Part shown: positions 37,939 through 47,370 of the stretch, one piece after another
Position numbering within the stretch: position 1 is the stretch's first letter
Layout: every line of letters starts with the position of its first letter
IMG/VR virus record: IMGVR_UViG_3300006226_001702
Location: 75,064-139,063 of that record
Direction: 5' to 3' (one strand)
Origin: a virus
Lineage: Duplodnaviria; Heunggongvirae; Uroviricota; Caudoviricetes
Length of the DNA stretch: 64,000 nucleotides
Position numbers and translations under genes: made by a program
The notes under the pieces: model-generated
The model's input: only the letters and a program-made list of their open reading frames with translations
Told to the model about the DNA's origin: nothing
Database searches by the model: none

Positions 37939-39702
37939 TTATATCCTCACTACTGTTTTAAGCCATGGTATAACTTTTCGTCTCATCATTTCTGGAATTA
38001 AGTCATTTGAGATTTTAGTCATTAAAGCTTTATCATCAACATTTAAGTCCTTACCATAAACACGCTCACATCTATCCATTGCATATCGTTCCCAAGCTGA
38101 AACGAACTCATCAAACATTCTGAACGTTAACTTTCTGTTTATTTCAACTGGTTTACCAAAAACTGGTCTATTTGCTTTCCAACATTCAATTGCAATTCCA
38201 ATTAAAGTGTAAACACATTCACGAGACCATTTTCTAACTTTTGGGTCAACCAAAGAAGAGTCACCAATTTTGGCAAGATTTGAATAGATTTTTCCAAGTC
38301 TTTCAAGATATTGGTCAAGAGATAATTTAACTTCAACAGATTCAGTTCTGTCCAAAACAGCTGAATTGATGTCATCCATCTCTAAATTTGAAATAAAGAT
38401 AATTGAAGAGTTAAATAAGAATCTGCGTGGGAATGATTCACCCTCACCAAAGGATTCAGTGGCACCAGAGTCTTTCATTGACTTCATTGCTTTAATATCT
38501 TCTTTAGTGTAACCAGCATATTCATCTTCGTCTTCATCTGAACCAATTAAATCATCGAGAAGTTCCTTATTGGTTCCCATTTTTCCTTCTCGTAAATAAT
38601 CCCATGACTTCGTATAATTTTCATCAGTATTATCAATTATTCTATTTTGTAAGTTTTGTGATTCTCTTAATGAGATGTAATTATCAACAACTATCTCATC
38701 ATCAACCGCCACTACGAATCTATTTTCCTTAAGAGCCTCTGTATCAACTTCAATCCAAACACCTTCTTTTAATGCTTCTGCATCAGCAGATACTAAGTCA
38801 TCATATTGATTTTGGAATGCTTTCATCAATGTACCGCGTACAGTAATTGGTTTTTCCTTTGCTGCTTTTGGGTCCATAATGGCTTTCATGATATTTAAGA
38901 TACTCTGTTCTAATCCTTTCATAATCATTTTATCATTATCATCAAGGACTATAACTTTGTTATTTGAGTGATAATAGAAGAATGGCACAAGAGATGACAT
39001 TGCACTACCAATATCACCAGCTTCATACACATATTTAGCCTTTGATGGAGACTGCGGCATGTATCGTTTACAAACTTCCATAACTTCGAAAGTTTTACCA
39101 ATTCCAGGGTCTCCATAGATAATAGCATGGGTTTTATCCGTTTTCTTTAATATGATATTTTTAACTACATTGTAGATATCTTGAAAAGTTTCCTCAGCTG
39201 AACCTTTTAATGATGCTTCACCATATTTGGAAAACAAACCTTCTGCCTGCTTTGAATATTCGCCAGCTTCATAATTTTCATCTCTTTCGTATGGCCCAAT
39301 TGCTTTTTTCTCTTTACTAGAACCACCCGCTCCATAGCTTTTACCAAGAGTTGAAAACTGTTTTCCAGTTCCAATATAACCCTTATTAGTTAACCAAGAG
39401 ATATCCTTATCGAATTGCTCTTTAGTACAGTTTGGGTGTGCCCATTCTGACTTCATGAATCCTTCATAAGTTGGGTTTTCAACATTGTTTGCATAGGCAT
39501 TGACTAAATCACCTCTTTTTGCTTCTTGCAACCTTCGTTGCATATTAGCAAGATATGATTCTCGTATCATTTCTGGGTCTTTAGTTTCATCATACACAAA
39601 ACCAGACTCAGTTGTTCCATCACAATCAGGAGCTAAAACGTCAGCAGATACGGGAGCTCCACCTTGCTCCACATCCGAAATAAACTCTATAAAATCACTC
39701 AT
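37939..39702 (-). CDS. AAA+ family ATPase
   Basis: Walker A GDPGIGKT, Walker B VIVLDD, sensor IIFISN and AVLDR; ACTAAATA-AC-ATG start. Confidence 0.8.
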   Translation of the reverse strand: MSDFIEFISDVEQGGAPVSADVLAPDCDGTTESGFVYDETKDPEMIRESYLANMQRRLQEAKRGDLVNAYANNVENPTYEGFMKSEWAHPNCTKEQFDKDISWLTNKGYIGTGKQFSTLGKSYGAGGSSKEKKAIGPYERDENYEAGEYSKQAEGLFSKYGEASLKGSAEETFQDIYNVVKNIILKKTDKTHAIIYGDPGIGKTFEVMEVCKRYMPQSPSKAKYVYEAGDIGSAMSSLVPFFYYHSNNKVIVLDDNDKMIMKGLEQSILNIMKAIMDPKAAKEKPITVRGTLMKAFQNQYDDLVSADAEALKEGVWIEVDTEALKENRFVVAVDDEIVVDNYISLRESQNLQNRIIDNTDENYTKSWDYLREGKMGTNKELLDDLIGSDEDEDEYAGYTKEDIKAMKSMKDSGATESFGEGESFPRRFLFNSSIIFISNLEMDDINSAVLDRTESVEVKLSLDQYLERLGKIYSNLAKIGDSSLVDPKVRKWSRECVYTLIGIAIECWKANRPVFGKPVEINRKLTFRMFDEFVSAWERYAMDRCERVYGKDLNVDDKALMTKISNDLIPEMMRRKVIPWLKTVVRI

Positions 39703-39703
39703 G

Positions 39704-40468
39704 TTATTTAGTTATATTTTTATGTTTCATTACACCTCTAACATATCCCTCAGGAATCTCATTTTCTTTTACTCTTTTGTTATTTACACCGTTATTCACC
39801 CAAATAAGCGAACTAAAATGATTTCGTAATAATTGTTTTGATTCAGATGTATGATTTTTTCCTTTCATCCATGTAGTTTTTCCTTTATTTGATTGACCTA
39901 TTTTTATTTTTGTTTCTTCAGAATGCTGATAATCAATTCTTGATTTAAGTCTTTTTTGTACTGTTTCTGATGTTTGTTTTTTTCCTGTAAGTGCTTCACT
40001 TATTCTTAAACAAAATTCTTTAGACCTCTTTTTTCCTTTATTTGCAATTCTTATTTTTTCTATAGTTTCTTTTGATGGTTTTCTGCCCATCATTCTCAAA
40101 CTTTGTCTTCTGTTCATTTCTTCTGTATGTTTTTTACCACTTATTCCTTTTCTATTTTCACTCATTTTTCTAACTGCTTCAGAAGTTTCTTTAGTTTGTC
40201 CTTTTCTATGATAATTATTATGTTCTTCAATAGTCATTTTAACAGCATATTTCATTATACCATCAAAATCAAATCCCCATCGTTCATAATGAGCATCATT
40301 AAAAGCTCTTTGTTCTTCTGTCTCACGAAGATGATGAATTACATAGCCTTTTGTTATATTAAAATAACCTACAGCCATATTTTTAAATTTATATGACCTA
40401 TTTGTTGATGTTCTCCATTCTTTTATATTCATAATATTTAGTATTAAACATTCAAATAACTCACTCAT
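39704..40468 (-). mobile_element. Free-standing HNH homing endonuclease with NUMOD3-type repeats
   Basis: VIHH...EEHNNYH nuclease core; repeated H(T/S)EE.K.KI/S..KGK units; WVNNG tail. Confidence 0.75.
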
Positions 40469-40506
40469 AAATTAATGAAATTAAAAACTTAAAACTACTA
40501 ATTACT

Positions 40507-40923
40507 ATGGAAGGCCGCAATTTTATCGAGTGGACTGATAAAGAATTCTCAATAAATAACGACATTCTAGATGCACAGCATAAAGGATTCGTTAAAATGA
40601 TTAATGATATCTTTAATAACATAAACTTAATTGACAGAAGTAAAGAGTTTGAATATTTTGAATGTGTTAAAGAAGACATCTCTAATTATCTAAAAATCCA
40701 CTTTTACACAGAAGAAAAGATAATGGGGAAACTCAATATTTGTAAGGAACTAGTTAAGGCTCATATTAAAGAACATGATAAGTTTATTGAAAACTTTGAT
40801 ATGATAATTAAGAACTTCAAAAAAGAGGACCTAAATCTTGATGAATTAGTTTTTTTCTTAATAGACTGGATTGCTGATCACGTCCAGACTATTGATAAAA
40901 AAACTTTTAAGGAAGTAAACTAA
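40507..40923 (+). CDS. Bacteriohemerythrin
   Basis: Complete di-iron ligand set: QH, HFYTEE (HxxxE), HIKEH (HxxxH), HVQTID (HxxxxD); N-terminal IEW..EFS. Confidence 0.9.
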   Translation: MEGRNFIEWTDKEFSINNDILDAQHKGFVKMINDIFNNINLIDRSKEFEYFECVKEDISNYLKIHFYTEEKIMGKLNICKELVKAHIKEHDKFIENFDMIIKNFKKEDLNLDELVFFLIDWIADHVQTIDKKTFKEVN

Positions 40924-41507
40924 TGAATAGAAATATCATTATCGCTGATATAGACGACACACTGATAAAATCATCTCCAGACGATATTGGTATTTGGAAA
41001 ATGAAAGATGGAGAAGAAACTCGACTAACGACTGAGGAGTTTGCTGAAGACCCAGATAAGGGAAAGCCTGGAATAACTTATGATTATTGGGAGTTTGAAG
41101 ACCCAAAAAGAGTTAGAGACAGTATTATGAATGGCACACCTCTTATTAGAAACTTAGAGATTATTGATGATTATCTTGATAATGGATATGATTTCGTTTT
41201 CCTAACAGCCCGTGGTTGTGAAGATGTTATCAAAGATGTAATGGCTGACTTTATGAAATATCGTTCAAAAGATGGTGAGTTAAAAGAATTGGGTGATAAG
41301 TTCAAAAGAAGTCTTTCTTATGCTGTTAATGATGAAAAATATTGTGAGATATTTGATGGCTTAAAAGATTTTGAAAGAAAAGCCAGCGTTATTAAACATA
41401 TTGCTAGAATGTATGATGACGTTATTTTCATTGATGATGATGATAGAAACTTAGAAGCTGTTAAAAATCTAGACTTACAAAACGTTTCAGTAGTTAAAGC
41501 GACTTAA
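40923..41507 (+). CDS. HAD-superfamily phosphatase
   Basis: Motif I DIDDT, motif II LTARG, motif IV FIDDD..N. Confidence 0.8.
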   Translation: MNRNIIIADIDDTLIKSSPDDIGIWKMKDGEETRLTTEEFAEDPDKGKPGITYDYWEFEDPKRVRDSIMNGTPLIRNLEIIDDYLDNGYDFVFLTARGCEDVIKDVMADFMKYRSKDGELKELGDKFKRSLSYAVNDEKYCEIFDGLKDFERKASVIKHIARMYDDVIFIDDDDRNLEAVKNLDLQNVSVVKAT

Positions 41508-42184
41508 ATCCTTTTTCCCATTCTAACAAAAGCCTCTGTGTTACCAAATCTTTTTAAGTCTCTATTATAAAGAACATCAAAGTTATCTTCAAACCATTTT
41601 AATAGCTCCCTAGATTCTTCTTCTTTTTTCCTACAGTGAATTTCGATAGCAAGATACTTAATGTATTTTGGAAGCTTAGTCCAGTCAATAGTGTATTCAC
41701 CACCTTCTGTGTCCATCTTCAAAATAGTTGGTTTGTATTTTTTGAGCTCATCATAAAATGACAAAGTTGGAACAGTTATCTTATCTCTTCCTCTCACTGG
41801 AATAATTGAATGAGTTCCCATGCATGGTTTAGTACCAGCTTTTCTTCTAGTTATGTAAAAATCAATTGTGCCAACTTCTCCAGCCATTGCGACATTATTT
41901 AGAATTGCATTACCCAATTTCTGTTTAGACAACACTTGAAAGTTTTCAGGTTCTGGCTCGTAAGAGATAACTTGTTTTGCTCCATATTTTAGAGCATTAT
42001 ATGCAAAGACGCCAATATTAGCACCAACGTCCATAACGACTTGGTCTTCACAAACTTTGAAAATTTCTTTATATTCATACATCTCTTTTAAGACGTCTAA
42101 ATCTCCAGTGTCAGGTCTATAAAATAATCCAGTTTTAGCATCTTCTAAAATAACGAGATTATTATTTCCAAATGTAAATGACAT
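41504..42184 (-). CDS. FkbM-family SAM-dependent methyltransferase
   Basis: MDVGANIGVF, ISYEPEPENF, ILKMDTEGGEY. Confidence 0.85.
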   Translation of the reverse strand: MSFTFGNNNLVILEDAKTGLFYRPDTGDLDVLKEMYEYKEIFKVCEDQVVMDVGANIGVFAYNALKYGAKQVISYEPEPENFQVLSKQKLGNAILNNVAMAGEVGTIDFYITRRKAGTKPCMGTHSIIPVRGRDKITVPTLSFYDELKKYKPTILKMDTEGGEYTIDWTKLPKYIKYLAIEIHCRKKEEESRELLKWFEDNFDVLYNRDLKRFGNTEAFVRMGKRI

Positions 42185-43083
42185 TAAAGTCCTCCAAATT
42201 TAAATCCATTCAATTGTTTGTATTCATCAGGATATTCTTTTATGTACCATTCTGGATATTTGACAGCATTTTTTGCACTAATTTTTGCTCCCATGACTCC
42301 ATTCAAATCCCAATGAATAATGTTTGGATATTTTTTAATTAGATATCTATAAACATCTTTATGCTTTTTGGACTGTTCTGCCTTTTTAGTTTGCTCTACA
42401 TTTAAGTCCCATGCTTGTGATTTAATTTTCTTGTCATAAACTGCTTCTAAAAAGTTTACTGTCTTTCCAGAAAAACCACTCTTAATAAATCTACAAACGA
42501 GTTCAACATCTTCTCCAACACCTAATGGACAATCTTTATCAAAGTTTATGTTGTGCTGTTTCATTAGTTCAATGTTTATTCCATAACAACCAGCAAATAA
42601 AGTATGTGAACTTTTAGATAATGGAGTTGTTCCTTTATAAGATTTGTTTGGACCAAATAATTTTAATCCAATTTGACTAGAAGGTATTTTAACAAACCAA
42701 TCTTTTTCAACATCAATATATTGTTCAATAGTGGCAAAGAAAGAAGCAATATCGACTGGGATGTATTTTGAATCTAAATCCTTAGTTTGGAACTTGATAT
42801 AATCATCATCAATGAACCAAGCAAATTTAGTTCCCAATTCCTGCTGATGCTTAATCATATCATATCTTTTTTCAGCAATATTTCTCTTTGGACCTTGTAC
42901 AATTATGTTACCAGTTTTTTCGTATTCTTCTTTATCATCAGTTACATCAATATAAATGTAAGCACTTAATTTTGATTTCTTTAAATGCTCAAAAGTATGT
43001 CCAACTGGCCTCTGATGACTGGGCACACAAATTGGATATTTTGGTGTGCCTTTTATAATGTAATCTAAATGAGTTTTCATCAT
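42184..43083 (-). CDS. GT-A glycosyltransferase, TET-associated (TAGT/GREB1-like) type
   Basis: YPICVPSHQR, NIAEKRYDM, AWFIDDD (DxD), GEDVE. Confidence 0.7.
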   Translation of the reverse strand: MMKTHLDYIIKGTPKYPICVPSHQRPVGHTFEHLKKSKLSAYIYIDVTDDKEEYEKTGNIIVQGPKRNIAEKRYDMIKHQQELGTKFAWFIDDDYIKFQTKDLDSKYIPVDIASFFATIEQYIDVEKDWFVKIPSSQIGLKLFGPNKSYKGTTPLSKSSHTLFAGCYGINIELMKQHNINFDKDCPLGVGEDVELVCRFIKSGFSGKTVNFLEAVYDKKIKSQAWDLNVEQTKKAEQSKKHKDVYRYLIKKYPNIIHWDLNGVMGAKISAKNAVKYPEWYIKEYPDEYKQLNGFKFGGL

Positions 43084-43085
43084 AT

Positions 43086-44390
43086 TTAATTTATGAAACT
43101 AGAATGCTGCACTTTGTTAGTTTCAAGCTCCATCAATATTTTGTTAGTTTCTGCTATCTTACAATTTATTGGGCAATATCTAGTATTTAATTCCTCCCCT
43201 TGTTTATAACGATAATCACTATTCCAAATATCAATTAAACGATTATCTGCTGTTATTTTTCCATAATAGCCACTCTTTGATCCATTATTGTAATCATTTA
43301 ATTTGAAACAACAAGTTAGGACTACACCTTCTGAAGTGATAGTTGGATATAATGCATGTCCATAACATTTCTTAAAAGGTATTCCAGTTTTTTCATATTT
43401 AATCAATTCTGCAAACTTATATGAGATAGTATAAACTTTGAAGGTGTCAGTTGAATAAGCAGACACATTAGATAATAGACTAAATATCTCCTTATCCCAA
43501 AATATGAAGGCAAGATTTAATCTATCTTCTGGGAATAAAACTATTGGTTTAATTTGTATATAATCGACACCAATTTTTCTAAAAGTATTTATTGCAGGAA
43601 GTACATCGAGATAATTATATGGAGTTAAAAGATAAGACACCCCAATAGTTATATCTGAATTATTTTCTCTTTTACATTGGACTGCTCTTTCAATAGCAGC
43701 AACAGTTTCATCAAAGTCAGCTACATTTCCATGCATCTCTTTATAAACTGTATCACTACCAGCATCAACTGAAAATCTAACCCATTGACAATAATCAATA
43801 ACAGGTTTTGGGTCCTTCAATAATTGACCATTAGTTATTAAGCCAACATCAAAATGTTGATTTAATGCTCTAATAATCTCTTGCCATTTTGGATGGCATA
43901 ATGGTTCACCACCTCCAGATAAGTTAACACCCTTAACCCCAAGTGTCTTCATATCTTCAACTAAGTTTGGCAATAATTTCATGTCAAAATTATGTTTCTG
44001 TTGTGGTGATAATTCTTTAACTGAAAAGGTACAACCTGGGCAAGCATGATTACAGAAAGTAGAAGGATGCATTTCAACAGTAACTGGTCCAACTTCTTTT
44101 CGAGTTTCTGGACAGAGATAATCTCTTAATTTGTCAAAATGAGATAATATCTTATTTGAAGTAAAGATAGAAGATTTTTGATTTGCAAATCTATTGTAGA
44201 ATTCCTCTAAGTTTTTCTGTTCTTCATCTAACATAATAGTTTTGACTTTAATAACAGTTTGTGCAGGTAACATTTCGGTGTTGTGAATAAACATATTATA
44301 GTCACTCAATGTGAGTCCTATCTGATTTGCAAAATCGTCTTTAGACAATTTTAATTGATTTCTTAATTTTTCTAAAACTTCTGTTCTCAT
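43086..44390 (-). CDS. XRE-type HTH fused to a radical SAM enzyme with SPASM/twitch-like tail
   Basis: N-terminal LEKLRNQLKLSKDDFANQIGL HTH; CNHACPGC (CxxxCxxC); SGGGEP; LITNG; C-terminal KCY...TCC...CPINC. Confidence 0.85.
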   Translation of the reverse strand: MRTEVLEKLRNQLKLSKDDFANQIGLTLSDYNMFIHNTEMLPAQTVIKVKTIMLDEEQKNLEEFYNRFANQKSSIFTSNKILSHFDKLRDYLCPETRKEVGPVTVEMHPSTFCNHACPGCTFSVKELSPQQKHNFDMKLLPNLVEDMKTLGVKGVNLSGGGEPLCHPKWQEIIRALNQHFDVGLITNGQLLKDPKPVIDYCQWVRFSVDAGSDTVYKEMHGNVADFDETVAAIERAVQCKRENNSDITIGVSYLLTPYNYLDVLPAINTFRKIGVDYIQIKPIVLFPEDRLNLAFIFWDKEIFSLLSNVSAYSTDTFKVYTISYKFAELIKYEKTGIPFKKCYGHALYPTITSEGVVLTCCFKLNDYNNGSKSGYYGKITADNRLIDIWNSDYRYKQGEELNTRYCPINCKIAETNKILMELETNKVQHSSFIN

Positions 44391-45361
44391 AATTGACCAA
44401 ATTTCTCCTTGAAACTTTTTGGTGTTGCATTCTTGATTAGATTAACCCATTCATAACCGTCGGATTTTGATTTCATTGAATCTCTAGCATAAAAAGTTTC
44501 ATTCTCTTCTAATATGTCCTGTAAAAAGTTATCCAATGAATCTGTTCTCCATCTATATTGAATTGGTCTCAATGATGATAAGCCTCGTCTAATAACGATA
44601 TCCGCCATATTGACTTTTCTCATTGCCATTACATTTTCACTTCCCCATTTCTTGTAAAGATTAAAACCTAACATACAAGTTTTATCTAAACCAGTAGAAA
44701 AGAATGCTCCCTTTTTAACTCGAGCATCTTGTGAAGTAGCTTTTTGAGCAGCATATTCAATATAAGTCATGGGTCTAATTCCCTGCTCTAATAATTGTAA
44801 GAAGTAATCATAATCTTCCCACATCATAATATCAGTAGTGTGATAAATAAGTTTACCACATTTTTCTCTCATTTTTTTCAAGTCCCAATAATGAATTGAT
44901 ATTGGACTCATGTGACAATATTTTGCTGGACGATGAATTCTATTCTTAATAAAATTGCTTCCTGCCATACCTCCATAAATGTGTTCGATTTCTGGAAGCT
45001 CTGGCCATCTAACATAAGGTACAGTTAGATTACGAATAAAATCTTCTTTACTGTAAGGGCCAAACTTACAAAGTCGTGATATGTTTTCATCAAACATCCA
45101 AACTTTATTATAGCCGTGAGCCTCTGCCCAATCCATAACATAATTCTTTAATGATGACATATTAGACTGTGTATCTTTATATGGCATTCCGTTATGTTCA
45201 ACAGCAAAATTTTTCGGTTTCCAATCTGGAAATTCGTTTTTATCTACAAATGCTACGACATCTTGTTTGTCATTAGAATGAAAAACATTCTTATATTTAA
45301 TGTCATCATATTTACAAAACGGTCCCCTTCCAGCCAAAATTGTTACTAAAGTTTTACTCAT
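44387..45361 (-). CDS. Second GT-A glycosyltransferase, TAGT-like
   Basis: NYVMDWAEAHGYNKVWMFDENI and WEDYDYFLQLL. Confidence 0.65.
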   Translation of the reverse strand: MSKTLVTILAGRGPFCKYDDIKYKNVFHSNDKQDVVAFVDKNEFPDWKPKNFAVEHNGMPYKDTQSNMSSLKNYVMDWAEAHGYNKVWMFDENISRLCKFGPYSKEDFIRNLTVPYVRWPELPEIEHIYGGMAGSNFIKNRIHRPAKYCHMSPISIHYWDLKKMREKCGKLIYHTTDIMMWEDYDYFLQLLEQGIRPMTYIEYAAQKATSQDARVKKGAFFSTGLDKTCMLGFNLYKKWGSENVMAMRKVNMADIVIRRGLSSLRPIQYRWRTDSLDNFLQDILEENETFYARDSMKSKSDGYEWVNLIKNATPKSFKEKFGQL

Positions 45362-45756
45362 GTCCTTTCCTTGATATTTTTAAGTACTCCATATCCTGAA
45401 GTTACTAGTATTGGTATGTTGTTTTTAATATGTATTAGAATGCTTTCAAATTCATCTACAATTGGTGGATAAGCATTTTTATTTCCAAGGCTCACCGCAA
45501 TTCTTGCACTCTCTAAAATCTTTTGCATATCCACACAAGCATTTAAAGTTTTTTCTACTGCTTCTGTTAGTTGTGTTACTCTTCTATTAGCTAATTCTCT
45601 ATTTACTCCAATTCCAAACATTGCGTTATAGATACTTTTTTCTTCATCATCTTCACCAACTAAATCATCTAAATCTATTGGTTGATAGTCCATAGCATCT
45701 TCTACATCTGAGAGAAGTTGGTCGATTTCTTTTTGACTCAAAGTTCCATCACTCAT
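45358..45756 (-). CDS. Protein with N-terminal FliM/FliY-like CheY-binding peptide
   Basis: MSDGTLSQKEIDQLL; class II motif 5 nt upstream. Confidence 0.7.
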   Translation of the reverse strand: MSDGTLSQKEIDQLLSDVEDAMDYQPIDLDDLVGEDDEEKSIYNAMFGIGVNRELANRRVTQLTEAVEKTLNACVDMQKILESARIAVSLGNKNAYPPIVDEFESILIHIKNNIPILVTSGYGVLKNIKERT

Positions 45757-45761
45757 ATTCT

Positions 45762-45770
45762 TATATTAAC
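45762..45770 (-). promoter_or_regulatory. Class II motif GTTAATATA
   Basis: GTTAATATA-AGAAT-ATG(45756). Confidence 0.65.
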
Positions 45771-46083
45771 TTTTACAAAACTGGCAATTACAATTAGTCT
45801 TACCAGAGAAAATGCAAACATCGTCATTTTCAGTTTTATCTTCCTCTGGAAAATTAAAGTCAGCAAAATCATCGAATTCTATTCCTGGAAACTCTAATTT
45901 TTTCGGAGGAAGATTTAACTTCACATTAACTTGTTTTACTACTTTCGGTTGTGGGGATTCAATAACTGTTGGTTTATATGGCCTGTTATATGTATGTCTT
46001 TTATATAAAATTGGAATAATAATCGTCAAGAGCCAGACGCCAGTCATTGATATGATAATTGAAAGTAGAATTTCTTCAATCAT
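45766..46083 (-). CDS. Small single-pass membrane protein
   Basis: N-terminal TM helix; C-terminal CxxC. Confidence 0.65.
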   Translation of the reverse strand: MIEEILLSIIISMTGVWLLTIIIPILYKRHTYNRPYKPTVIESPQPKVVKQVNVKLNLPPKKLEFPGIEFDDFADFNFPEEDKTENDDVCIFSGKTNCNCQFCKS

Positions 46084-46241
46084 TTTCTTGTATAAGTTTC
46101 CTCTTCTCCATATATCATTTTATTATCTTCATACAATTTAATTAAAATGTTGTATAATTCTTCTTGTTCTTTTTTATCTAATTCTACCTTCCCAACTGGA
46201 GTCTTAAATTCGTGAATCCAATATTCTATTCTGTCAGTCAT
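46080..46241 (-). CDS. 53-aa hypothetical protein (not in track)
   Basis: MTDRIEYWIHEFKTPVG...; SD AAGGAG; ATGA overlap with the next gene. Confidence 0.6.
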   Translation of the reverse strand: MTDRIEYWIHEFKTPVGKVELDKKEQEELYNILIKLYEDNKMIYGEEETYTRK

Positions 46242-46252
46242 AATTATGCTCC

Positions 46253-46441
46253 TTAATCAAATAATTCTGATCTTCCAAGTAGTTTTTCTACTGTCTTTAG
46301 TGCTTTAGTGAGTCTTAAATCAAATATGTTTAATCTCCTATTTACTACACTTACATCATTTTCTACTCTTGCTATTGTTGTTTCTAACTCCTTTAAGTAC
46401 ACAAACCAATCATTGTTTGTTTTTACTTGTTCTATTGTCAT
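46253..46441 (-). CDS. Small coiled-coil hypothetical protein
   Basis: 62-aa ORF; SD AAGGA. Confidence 0.6.
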   Translation of the reverse strand: MTIEQVKTNNDWFVYLKELETTIARVENDVSVVNRRLNIFDLRLTKALKTVEKLLGRSELFD

Positions 46442-47360
46442 TAATGCATTCCTTTATAGTTTTTCTAACTGCATCATCAGATGATCTATCAACTATAAAA
46501 CCTAATTTCTGTAATTTATCGACATTAAAACTGAATGTGTTAATGTCGCCCACATACCCGGTGGGGTTTGCTCCGTATTGAATGTTATTGCAATTAAATT
46601 CTTTAGCTACCCATTCGGCCATATCCTTCAATTTAGTTTTCGATTTATCGTATGGCGCTACATTAAATACATTAACCTTCTTAGCAGAATTAAACCACAA
46701 AAAGATTATTGCATCAATTAAATCTTTAACATGTATGTACGGTTTGCATTGAGACCCATCTCCCAACACTTCTAATTTTTTTGGATTTTCTTTTAACTGT
46801 CTAATAAAATTCCAAAGAGCTCCATGAGTCATTCTTGGGCCAATAACATTTGGGAATCTTATTATTAAAGTATGCATTCCATAGTTTTCAGCAAAGGAAG
46901 ATATAAAAGCTTCAGAAGCTAATTTTGCTGCCCCATAATGTGATAATGGTAAAAGTGGCCCACTAGATTCTAACAAACTCATATTTCCATGGTCACCATA
47001 AACTGTTGACGATGATGAAAATATGAAGTTCTTTATTTTATTTACACGGGCTATTTCAAGCATATAAAATGTTGAAAGAAAAGTTTCATTCAAATCAAAA
47101 GAGCTATCCTCTATTGACTTAAAAGTATCAGCATTAGAAGCGATGTGAAAAATTGCATCCACTCCTTCAAATATTGAATCTGGAAGTGTTTTAATATCTT
47201 TTGCAATTAACTGAAACTTATCACTTTTAATATGTTTGATATTATTTTCAGTTCCTTTGGAGAAATTATCAATCCCAATAACTTCGTAATCTTGAGCTAA
47301 TAATGCGTCAACTAAATGACTACCAATAAAGCCAGCGGCACCCGTACAAATAACTTTCAA
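46410..47360 (-). CDS. NAD-dependent NDP-sugar epimerase (UDP-glucose 4-epimerase-like extended SDR)
   Basis: TGAAGFIGSHL, SSSSTVYG, YGAAK (YxxxK), RFPNVIGPR, LEVLGDGSQ; TTG start with GGAGG SD. Confidence 0.9.
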   Translation of the reverse strand: MKVICTGAAGFIGSHLVDALLAQDYEVIGIDNFSKGTENNIKHIKSDKFQLIAKDIKTLPDSIFEGVDAIFHIASNADTFKSIEDSSFDLNETFLSTFYMLEIARVNKIKNFIFSSSSTVYGDHGNMSLLESSGPLLPLSHYGAAKLASEAFISSFAENYGMHTLIIRFPNVIGPRMTHGALWNFIRQLKENPKKLEVLGDGSQCKPYIHVKDLIDAIIFLWFNSAKKVNVFNVAPYDKSKTKLKDMAEWVAKEFNCNNIQYGANPTGYVGDINTFSFNVDKLQKLGFIVDRSSDDAVRKTIKECINDNRTSKNKQ

Positions 47361-47370
47361 AAGTTACCTC

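Noticed and set aside
36357-45361. TET/5mC-dioxygenase route to hmC
   Set aside because: A C5-MTase and TAGT-like GTs are present, but no 2OG-Fe(II) dioxygenase motif was recognised in the window; the gp42-like enzyme explains hm-pyrimidine supply
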